Source: Vulcanimicrobiota bacterium (GTDB lineage Bacteria > Vulcanimicrobiota > Vulcanimicrobiia > Vulcanimicrobiales > Vulcanimicrobiaceae). From it: DNA of 10,262 nucleotides. The notes under the pieces are model-generated. The model was not told the DNA's origin. It did no database searches and was given only the letters and a program-made list of their open reading frames with translations. The position numbers and the translations under genes are program-made. The DNA is taken from the NCBI GenBank assembly GCA_003135555.1, contig PLCF01000055.1, positions 1 through 10,262 on the forward strand, given 5' to 3'. Shown piece after piece: positions 1-6,535 of the stretch; the stretch's first letter is position 1, and each line of letters starts with the position of its first letter.

Positions 1-66
1 GCCGCAAGCGGCGAGGGACAGCGTCAAGGCGACGGCGGCTAAGGACGATAGCGAACGACAAACCAT
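1..66 (-). CDS. 5' end of a putative lipoprotein (continues beyond the left edge of the window)
   Basis: Not in the ORF track. Minus strand reads ATG at 66: MVCRSLSSLAAVALTLSLAACG, a hydrophobic signal ending in lipobox LAAC-G. Strong SD AGGAGGA (plus 77-83) lies 10 nt upstream. Confidence 0.75.
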   Translation of the reverse strand, partial: MVCRSLSSLAAVALTLSLAACG

Positions 67-179
67 CGAGACGGGTTCCTCCTGATCCACGTTCTGGATG
101 AGCATTGGCTACCCGGAAATCCTGGCAGCCCAGTGAAACGAACGTCGCGACGCGGCTGGGCCGAACGTCCCGGAGGCGG

Positions 180-1259
180 TCACGCGCCGACGACGCCGGC
201 AAAGACGACGTCCGTCGAACCATCGGCGTACGTTATGCTACCGTTGCCTGCGAGGTCGATCGCCGCGGTTGCGATGGGATCGGAGCCCCGCACGATCGTC
301 ACCGACAAGCCGGTAGCCGACAGGGTCGCGGTTTCGGTGTAGGTGTAGACGCTGTCGGCGAGCGCCATGGTGCCGCTGCCGGACGCGCCGGTCGTCGTGT
401 AGCTGTACGTCCCGGTCACGCTGTTGAACGAGCTCCCCGAGCTCGTAATTCCCCACGCCCCCGTCGTCTGCGTGATGGACAGGCCGTTTCCGTCGAAGTA
501 CGTGCCCGCGATCTGGACGGTGCTCTTGGCGCCGCCGCTTCCGGCGGTGCCGGTGAGAGTGAGCGCCTGCCCGAAGCCTTGGCCCGAAGCGACGCCGGCC
601 TGCGCGCTCGAGCACGCCATCGTGGGCGAGTTGGGAGATCCGATGCAGGTCGAGCCCACGGCGCCCAGCGCGGTCCCGCCCTTGGACGTGAAGTAGGCGT
701 CCTGGACGGTGATCGTCTCGGTCGCGGTGCCTTCGGTCGGGACGAGGTTGAGCGTGAGATTGTGGTAGCTCGTGACGGCGCCGGTCGGGTCGTAGGTCGT
801 GATCGTTCCGCTACCGGTGTCATTGGGTTGCCCGGGGGTCAGATCGGTGACGACCTCTTCGCTTTCGAGCGTCGTGCATGTCGGCTGGTAGTACACGTCG
901 GTCGTGGTGACGGTCGACGTGTCCGCATTCGTCACCGTGCTCGACTTCGTTCCGTTGATGCACGCGCCGTTCGAGGTTCCCGTCACCGAGGCTCGCCGGC
1001 CTGCGCGCAGCGCGAGGAAGTGTCGCGCGATCGACGCGGGCGTCGGCCCGCCGCGAACGGCGAGTCCGCTCGACACTTGGGTGGTCAGGATCGCGGTCTG
1101 GACGCCGCTGCGCGCGGTGCTCTTTCCGCCGAAGGTCGACAGCGCCGGGTTGAGTGTGACCACGCCGTTGCTGCCGCTGCTGCAGCCGGCGAGGCCTAGC
1201 GATGCGAGCGTAATGGCGGCGGAGGCGGCGACGGCGACGTGCCGGGTCGAGTTGGGCAT
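180..1259 (-). CDS. Thr/Gly/Ser-rich lipoprotein of unknown function (359 aa)
   Basis: 3' part of ORF 180..1658. ATG at 1259 gives MPNSTRHVAVAASAAITLASLGLAGC (lipobox LAGC), followed by a beta-strand-like T/G/S-rich body with 4 more Cys. The upstream part of the track ORF overlaps the MBL gene in another frame and is Arg-rich shadow sequence. Confidence 0.8.
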   Translation of the reverse strand: MPNSTRHVAVAASAAITLASLGLAGCSSGSNGVVTLNPALSTFGGKSTARSGVQTAILTTQVSSGLAVRGGPTPASIARHFLALRAGRRASVTGTSNGACINGTKSSTVTNADTSTVTTTDVYYQPTCTTLESEEVVTDLTPGQPNDTGSGTITTYDPTGAVTSYHNLTLNLVPTEGTATETITVQDAYFTSKGGTALGAVGSTCIGSPNSPTMACSSAQAGVASGQGFGQALTLTGTAGSGGAKSTVQIAGTYFDGNGLSITQTTGAWGITSSGSSFNSVTGTYSYTTTGASGSGTMALADSVYTYTETATLSATGLSVTIVRGSDPIATAAIDLAGNGSITYADGSTDVVFAGVVGA

Positions 1260-1303
1260 CGTCGCGGCGTACGGGCGCTGGTCGTCGGTTCCCTGCGTTT
1301 TGG

Positions 1304-1948
1304 CTAGATCAGGTAGGGGTTGGTACGGCGCTCCGCGCCGATCGTCGTGGCCGGGCCGTGGCCCGGTACGACCAAGCTTGCGTCGTCGTGCACGAGCAAT
1401 TTGGTGCGGATCGAGCGCACGATGTCGGCGAGGGACGTCCCGCCCAGATCCCAGCGACCGACCGCACCCTGGAACAGCGTATCGCCCGTGAAGAGCAGCG
1501 TCGTTTCGGCATCGGCGAGGGCAAAAGACGTCGAGCCCGGCGTGTGGCCGGGCGTGTGGATGCAGCGCAGCGCCACGGACCCGGCCTGCAAGACGTCCCC
1601 CTCGGCGAGGTCGCCGTCGAGCGTGACGACCTCGGGCGCGGCCAGCATGCCGATCCACACCGCCTGCTCGGCAAGCGTGGCGTACAAGGGAAGGTCGGCA
1701 TGATGGAGCAGGCCCTGGCCGCCCACGCGCTCGCGCAACGGCCCCACTGCGCCGATATGGTCGATGTGCGCGTGCGTGTGAACCAAGTACTTCGCGCGCA
1801 CCCCGTGATGTTCGAGTCGCTGCGCGATCCGCGCGACCTCATCACCGCCGTCGATGACGATCGCCTCACCGGCGGCCGAGTCGGCCAGAATCGTGCAGTT
1901 GCAGCCCAATACACCGACGGCAAAGGTTTCGACGATGATGCCGCTCAC
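1304..1948 (-). CDS. MBL-fold metallo-hydrolase (glyoxalase II-like, YcbL/GloC type)
   Basis: Motifs THAHIDH, HTPGHTPGS, FTGDTLF, PGHG and C-terminal ERRTNPYL. GTG start at 1948 overlaps the flavin reductase TGA (GTGA coupling). Confidence 0.92.
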   Translation of the reverse strand: MSGIIVETFAVGVLGCNCTILADSAAGEAIVIDGGDEVARIAQRLEHHGVRAKYLVHTHAHIDHIGAVGPLRERVGGQGLLHHADLPLYATLAEQAVWIGMLAAPEVVTLDGDLAEGDVLQAGSVALRCIHTPGHTPGSTSFALADAETTLLFTGDTLFQGAVGRWDLGGTSLADIVRSIRTKLLVHDDASLVVPGHGPATTIGAERRTNPYLI

Positions 1949-2439
1949 GTTGCCGAACCTGCCGGTATCCCGAAGTCGCGATAGCCGCGGTTGAAATACC
2001 CCAGCGGCGCGCCGTCGCGCCAACCGGCGTCGAGGACCGTGCCCAAGAAGATCGTGTGCGTCCCCGCGGTGAGCTCCTCGGTCACCTCGCAATCCACGTG
2101 CGCGACGGTGCCTTCCAGGATCGGCGAGCCGCTGGGACCGATGCGGTACCCGACGCCCTCGAAACGCGATCGCGGCTCGCCGCCGGCGAAGCGTTTCGCC
2201 AGCTCGCGCTGCTCGAGCGCCAACACGTTCACACAAAATCGCTGCGACGTCGAGATGAGCGGATGCGCCGTCACGATGCGGTTGACGCAGATGAGCACCG
2301 TCGGCGGGTCGGCCGAGACGCTGGCAAATGCGTTGACCGTGAAGCCGTGCACGCGGCCCTCGTGCGCGGTCGTGACGATCGCAACCCCGGTCGCGAACCG
2401 CCGCATCGCGGCGAGGAAGTCTTCAGTCGACGCGGGCAC
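1945..2439 (-). CDS. Flavin reductase family protein (DIM6/NtaB/HpaC-like)
   Basis: FLAAMRRFATGVAIVT, GFTVNAFASVSADPP, FCVNVL, AGTHTIFLG, PLGYFNRGY. Probable GTG start at 2439 overlaps the O-methyltransferase end by 17 bp. Confidence 0.92.
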   Translation of the reverse strand: MPASTEDFLAAMRRFATGVAIVTTAHEGRVHGFTVNAFASVSADPPTVLICVNRIVTAHPLISTSQRFCVNVLALEQRELAKRFAGGEPRSRFEGVGYRIGPSGSPILEGTVAHVDCEVTEELTAGTHTIFLGTVLDAGWRDGAPLGYFNRGYRDFGIPAGSAT

Positions 2440-3049
2440 CGATGCCGATCCCGTCCCCGATCGGCACGATCGTCGCGTCAAGTTCCGGATGGTTCAGAAA
2501 TACCTTGTTGAAGCTGCGGATCGCTTTGGTCTGCGCATCGTCGGCGGCTTTGGCGGTCGCTGCGGCGCGCCCCGACCACAACAGGTTGTCGACGACCACG
2601 ATGCCGGAGCGCTTGAGCATCGGCACGACGGCCGCGAGATACTCCTGGTACTCGCTCTTGATCGCATCGATGAAAACGATGTCGAGGTTACGCTGCGGAA
2701 ACGATCCCAGCACGTCGAGCGCGGGCTGATTGATGATCTCGATCCGCTCCTCGACCCCGGCTCGCCGAAAGTACGACGCCGCGATCTCGGTGCGCTCCAT
2801 GTCGGGATCGATCGTCCAAATGCGTCCGGCGGGCGGCAGCGCGAGCGCCATCCACAAGGTCGAGTAACCGTACGCCGTGCCGAGCTCGAGGATGCGGTTC
2901 GCTTGCATGCAGTGCACCAGCACCGACAAGAAGCGGCCGGCGGCGCGGTCGACGATGGGGATCCCGTCACGCAAACCGTGCTGCTCGAGCTCCAGGAGCA
3001 GCGCCGGCGGCTCCCGATGGAGTCGCGTGAGGTAGGCCAGGTCGCGCAC
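2423..3049 (-). CDS. SAM-dependent O-methyltransferase (caffeoyl-CoA OMT/YrrM-like, Methyltransf_3)
   Basis: ILELGTAYGYS (motif I), TIDPD, DIVFIDAIK and VVDNLLWSG. GTG start with CAGGA just upstream. Confidence 0.92.
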   Translation of the reverse strand: MRDLAYLTRLHREPPALLLELEQHGLRDGIPIVDRAAGRFLSVLVHCMQANRILELGTAYGYSTLWMALALPPAGRIWTIDPDMERTEIAASYFRRAGVEERIEIINQPALDVLGSFPQRNLDIVFIDAIKSEYQEYLAAVVPMLKRSGIVVVDNLLWSGRAAATAKAADDAQTKAIRSFNKVFLNHPELDATIVPIGDGIGIGARVD

Positions 3050-3060
3050 GATCCTGGATT

Positions 3061-3101
3061 GTGCCGCCCCCCGCGAACGGTAACCTGCCGGGGGGCGGCG
3101 C
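3061..3101. terminator. Strong intergenic hairpin (terminator-like or mRNA stabiliser)
   Basis: Perfect 11-bp inverted repeat GCCGCCCCCCG (3063-3073) / CGGGGGGCGGC (3089-3099) with a 15-nt loop, between the PuuD-like stop and the OMT start. There is no U-tract, so function is uncertain. Confidence 0.4.
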
Positions 3102-3115
3102 TACCTGTCGGCCCG

Positions 3116-3622
3116 CTAGAGCCCGACGATGAATTTGTGGCTGAATCCGAATGCCATGAAGAACAGCATCGGAATCGAGAGCATCGTGTTCGTCCGCGAG
3201 GCCAGGAACGCGATCCGGCGGGCCTTGGCTTTCTCCTCGTCGGTGGCCGGGACTTTGCCCAGGATCTTCATTTGGTTCGGATAGATCAGCACCCACACGT
3301 TGAACAGCATGATCGTACCAAGCCACGCTCCGACGCCGATCGCCGCAAGCGGCGGATGCAGTGTGAACGCGCCTATGAATCCGCCCGGAAACGCCCCAGT
3401 CGACAGAAGTGCCGCGCCCATGAACCACGTCGCGAGGGCCGACCAGCGAAAGAACTGCAGCGCACGCGGGGCGACGAACTTCGTGATGCCCGCCGCTTCA
3501 TTCGTCTTGTTGGCTTCGGCAAGCGCCTGGACTTGCACGAAGTTGAAGTAGTACAGGAGCCCGATCCACATGACGCCGGCGAGGTAATGGAACCAGCGTG
3601 CCAGACCACCAATCCAATCCAT
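3116..3622 (-). CDS. Urate_ox_N (PuuD N-terminal-like) integral membrane protein, short form without cytochrome c domain
   Basis: RWFHYLAGVMWIGLLYYFNF, ALQFFRWSALATW, GAWLGTIMLFNVWVLIYPNQ and ASRTNTMLSIP are typical of the family. About 4 TM helices, no CxxCH. Confidence 0.85.
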   Translation of the reverse strand: MDWIGGLARWFHYLAGVMWIGLLYYFNFVQVQALAEANKTNEAAGITKFVAPRALQFFRWSALATWFMGAALLSTGAFPGGFIGAFTLHPPLAAIGVGAWLGTIMLFNVWVLIYPNQMKILGKVPATDEEKAKARRIAFLASRTNTMLSIPMLFFMAFGFSHKFIVGL

Positions 3623-3623
3623 G

Positions 3624-3731
3624 TCAGGCGGCTCCCACCGGCTGCAGCGCCTTGACGACGAAGTAGAGGATGATCGTCAGGACGGCGCCGGAAATCACGG
3701 TGCCGTAGATAGAGTCCAGCGGATTCTTCAA
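3624..3731 (-). CDS. Uncalled 35-aa single-TM peptide
   Basis: TTG start at 3731 with SD AAAGGGAG (plus 3736-3743). Translates to MKNPLDSIYGTVISGAVLTIILYFVVKALQPVGAA*. GC3-rich codons; the TGA is 1 nt before the ATG of the PuuD-like gene. Confidence 0.75.
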   Translation of the reverse strand: MKNPLDSIYGTVISGAVLTIILYFVVKALQPVGAA

Positions 3732-3734
3732 GAG

Positions 3735-3950
3735 TCTCCCTTTCTGCCGGCGGACGATGGGAGAACGGTCCGCTGTCCCGCTGCGGAACTCCTTGGCGCC
3801 ATACGGTTTGGCGCACCGGAGGGAGCGCGGCCTTGGAGTCCGGGTAGCGAGCAGGGGTTAGCCCCGCCGGCGCTACTGGGGGCCGGACAGCCGCCGCAGG
3901 CCGGAGACTCCGATACGGGGGCATCCCGCGCGTCGTCGAAGCCCCCGTTC
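3735..3950. promoter_or_regulatory. Divergent promoter/leader region tiled with stem-loops
   Basis: Stems at 3750-3755/3768-3773, 3796-3801/3809-3814, 3833-3840/3906-3913 (enclosing 3844-3849/3871-3876) and 3915-3922/3941-3948. Lies between divergent starts at 3731 (-) and 3985 (+). Confidence 0.45.
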
Positions 3951-3984
3951 CACCCTCGAAACAAGTCATCGTAGGAGGCTTCCG

Positions 3985-4605
3985 TTGGCAACGCTCGCCG
4001 AACAATCGTACGCGCCGAAGAAGTTCGATCTCTCGGCATTGCAAGGCATCTCGGACAACACGCTTGCGGTGCATTTCGGGCTCTACGAGGGGTATGTCAA
4101 GAACACGAACCTGCTCAACGAGGAGCTGGCCGGGCTGCTCAAAAGCGGCCAGGCTGCCGGGACGAACCCCCACTACGCCGAGCTCACGCGGCGCCTGGGC
4201 TTCGAGTACAACGGCATGGTCCTGCACGAGTACTACTTCGGCAACCTGACCAAGACCGCGGGCAGTCAGCCTGCGGCGACGCTTAACGAGGCGCTCGGTG
4301 CCATCCACGGCGACTTCGAGTCATGGAAGAAGGACTTCAGCGCGATCGGTGGGATGCGCGGCGTCGGCTGGGCGATCGCGTACTACAACCCGCAAGCGCA
4401 CCGCGTCTCCAACCATTGGATCACGCTGCACGAAGAGGGCCACGTCGCCGGCTTCGTCCCGCTGCTCGTCATGGACATGTGGGAGCATGCATACCTGCTC
4501 GACTACAAGCCGGTGGAGCACTTGAAATACATCGACGCGTTCTTCGCCAACGTCGATTGGAATGTCGTGCAGCAGCGGCTCGACGCTGCGCGAGCCGGCG
4601 CCTGA
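3985..4605 (+). CDS. sod: Fe/Mn superoxide dismutase
   Basis: Metal ligands present: AVHFGLYEGYV (His), VLHEYYFGNL (His), DMWEHAY (Asp, His); GVGWA motif. TTG start with AGGAGG SD at 3973-3978. Confidence 0.93.
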   Translation: MATLAEQSYAPKKFDLSALQGISDNTLAVHFGLYEGYVKNTNLLNEELAGLLKSGQAAGTNPHYAELTRRLGFEYNGMVLHEYYFGNLTKTAGSQPAATLNEALGAIHGDFESWKKDFSAIGGMRGVGWAIAYYNPQAHRVSNHWITLHEEGHVAGFVPLLVMDMWEHAYLLDYKPVEHLKYIDAFFANVDWNVVQQRLDAARAGA

Positions 4606-4609
4606 ACCG

Positions 4610-5332
4610 ATGCCGAAGACGGGACGGCTGCGCCTGTTCCCGCTCAACACCGTGCTCTTTCCGGGAGCGGTGCTGAACCTCCACGTCTTCGAGGAGCGCT
4701 ATCGCAGGCTGATCGCGGAGTGCCTCGACGCGGGCGAGGCATTCGGCGTCGTGTTGATCAGAGACGGGCGCGAAGCCGGCGACCCCGACGTGATGCCCCA
4801 CGAGGTCGGCACGACGGCGGAGATCTCGCAGGTGACGCCGCTCCCGGCGGGACGCTACCACATCAGCACCACCGGCCGGCGCCGCTTTCGGATCGATCGC
4901 ATCGTCGACCGCGAGCCGTACCTCACCGCCGAAGTCGAGTTCATCGACGACGACGCGGACGACGCCGACGCGCGCGCGGCGGACCTCGCGCACCGCGTGC
5001 TCAACGAGTTCCGCGAGTACTCGCAGTTGCTCGTCGCATTCTCCGGCAAAGCCAACGACGTCGAGGTCCCGCACGATCCCGTCGATGCCAGCTACGCGGT
5101 CGGTGACGCCTTGCAAGTCGCCGACGCATTGAAACAGCGCCTGCTCGAGCTGCGCACCACCGAGGCGCGGCTGGCCGCGGAACTCGGCTTCCTGCGGCGG
5201 CTCCTACCGCAGCTGCGCTCGCTGCTCGAACGCAAGCAGACGCAGGACGACGTCGTGCGCGGTCACGCCCCCGGCGGCGAGTTTCGCACCCACCAAGAAG
5301 CGTTTTTCGGCAAACACTTTTCACTCAACTAG
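4610..5332 (+). CDS. Stand-alone Lon peptidase N-terminal (substrate-binding) domain protein
   Basis: LFPLNTVLFPGAVLNLHVFEERYRRLI, FGVVLI, VGTTAEI, GRRRFRI, PYLTAEV. No AAA+ or protease domain. ATG is 4 nt after the sod stop. Confidence 0.9.
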   Translation: MPKTGRLRLFPLNTVLFPGAVLNLHVFEERYRRLIAECLDAGEAFGVVLIRDGREAGDPDVMPHEVGTTAEISQVTPLPAGRYHISTTGRRRFRIDRIVDREPYLTAEVEFIDDDADDADARAADLAHRVLNEFREYSQLLVAFSGKANDVEVPHDPVDASYAVGDALQVADALKQRLLELRTTEARLAAELGFLRRLLPQLRSLLERKQTQDDVVRGHAPGGEFRTHQEAFFGKHFSLN

Positions 5333-6203
5333 CGCGGTCGTCATGCGCTGTCGGCCCGTGGCGTTCCGCCGCGGTGACGACGTTGCCCATCAGCATCACG
5401 TTGGTGACCGGCCCGACCCCGCCCGGCACGGGGGTGATCTCGGCTGCGACGCGCGCGACCTCGTCGTACGCGACGTCGCCGCGCAGCGCGCCGTCGACGT
5501 AGGTGGTGCCCACGTCGATCACGGTAGCGCGGGGCGCGACCATGTCGGCACGAACGAGCCCGGGCACTCCCGCCGCGCTGACGAGCACGTCCGCTTCGCG
5601 CGTGCGGCTGCCCAAGTCGCGCGTCCCGCGGTGCACGACCGTGACCGTCGCGTCGCGCGCGAGCAGGAGTAGCGCGACCGGGAGGCCGACGACGCTCGAA
5701 CGTCCGACGACGCACACGCGCACGCCGCGCAGTGCGCTGCGCTCGCTGCGCTCGAGCAATGCCATCACCGCCAGCGGGGTCGCGGCGACCAGCTCGGTCC
5801 CGCTCCCGAAGGCGAGGCGTCCGAAGTTGAGCGGGTTCGCGCCGTCGACGTCCTTGGCGGGCGGCATCGCCTCGGCGACGCGCCGAATCCCCAGGTGGGC
5901 CGGCAGCGGCTGTTGGAGGATGACGCCGTGAACCACCGGATCGTCGCCGAGCACGCGCAGCAAGGTGCGCACCTGGCCCTCGTCACCGTCGGCGGGGAGC
6001 CTGGCGACGCGGACTTCGACGCCGGTCTTCGCGCCCGCGCTTTCGAGGCCGCGCACGTACGCCAGCGAGGCCGCGTCCGCACCGACGACCACGACCTCGA
6101 GCCGCGGCACGATCCCGCGGGTGCGCAGCACGGTGCTCCGCTCGGCGATCGCTCCGCGCAGTTCCGCGGCGAGCGCGCGTCCATCCAGAATTCGGGCCGC
6201 CAT
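5325..6203 (-). CDS. folD: 5,10-methylene-THF dehydrogenase/cyclohydrolase family protein (divergent FolD)
   Basis: ILDGRALA, GVILQQPLP, KDVDG, VVGRSSVVGLP, VIDVG, GDV and ITPVPGGVGPVT. The YxxxK motif is altered to YVRGL. Confidence 0.93.
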   Translation of the reverse strand: MAARILDGRALAAELRGAIAERSTVLRTRGIVPRLEVVVVGADAASLAYVRGLESAGAKTGVEVRVARLPADGDEGQVRTLLRVLGDDPVVHGVILQQPLPAHLGIRRVAEAMPPAKDVDGANPLNFGRLAFGSGTELVAATPLAVMALLERSERSALRGVRVCVVGRSSVVGLPVALLLLARDATVTVVHRGTRDLGSRTREADVLVSAAGVPGLVRADMVAPRATVIDVGTTYVDGALRGDVAYDEVARVAAEITPVPGGVGPVTNVMLMGNVVTAAERHGPTAHDDRAS

Positions 6204-6246
6204 CGCACGCGCGGTTCGGTCGAGTAGGCGGCGCGCCCTGGAACGC

Positions 6247-6522
6247 GTGCGCTGGACGGTCGCCCTGGGGACGGAGTTCGACGAGTCGGCCTTCGAAGCG
6301 GCGCTGGCGGGATTTCGCCGGCTCTACAACGTCGCGCCCGAGCGGGTACTGTGCGCCCCCGACGTGCTGGGCCGGTTCTCCGCGCTCATGGGACGTTCGG
6401 CCGACGACGCGATGCGGCGTGAGATGCGCTACGACGGCGTGCCGGTGGTCTCGGCGATTCTTTCCCCCGGCACCATCGTCTTCGAAGGCGAAGTAGATGA
6501 AGAGAGAATGGGAGATTGGTGA
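6247..6522 (+). CDS. Hypothetical 91-aa protein, possible HK97-fold A-domain-like
   Basis: 3' part of ORF 5965..6522 that fills the gap between folD and the hydrolase. GTG at 6247 (start uncertain), normal composition, GC3-rich codons, acidic C-terminus EGEVDEERMGDW. Confidence 0.7.
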   Translation: MRWTVALGTEFDESAFEAALAGFRRLYNVAPERVLCAPDVLGRFSALMGRSADDAMRREMRYDGVPVVSAILSPGTIVFEGEVDEERMGDW

Positions 6523-6535
6523 CCTCGCCGATCGG

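Noticed and set aside
105..1199. 364-aa plus-strand ORF and other Arg-rich overlapping ORFs in the track
   Set aside because: Arg/Gly/Ala-rich translations typical of alternate frames of real genes; no start signals or domains.
1260..1658. N-terminal extension of the lipoprotein ORF, and similar extensions of ORFs starting at 2236, 4562, 5965, 7010 and 7600
   Set aside because: The extensions overlap neighbouring genes; internal starts give signal peptides, family-typical N-termini or GTGA coupling.
3116..3622. Calling this gene puuD (urate oxidase)
   Set aside because: It lacks the C-terminal cytochrome c domain and purine-degradation neighbours, so only domain-level homology is supported.
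1991..3655. 554-aa plus-strand ORF
   Set aside because: Antisense shadow of three well-supported minus-strand genes. Long stop-free antisense frames are expected at this GC content, and it has no motifs.
3755..3913. Resemblance to cobalamin (CTGTCCCGC...GGAGAC), yybP-ykoY (GTAGC...GAGAC) or Moco (CTCC...ATGG...GAAAGG) riboswitches
   Set aside because: Only fragments match; the required cores (B12 box, GGGGAGUAGC loop, GNRA/receptor pair) are missing. Needs cmscan.
3373..4308. 311-aa minus ORF, plus ORFs 3621..3974 and 3728..4039 spanning the intergenic region
   Set aside because: They overlap sod or the PuuD-like gene, have Pro/Arg-rich composition, and conflict with the clear SD-start pairs at 3731 and 3985.
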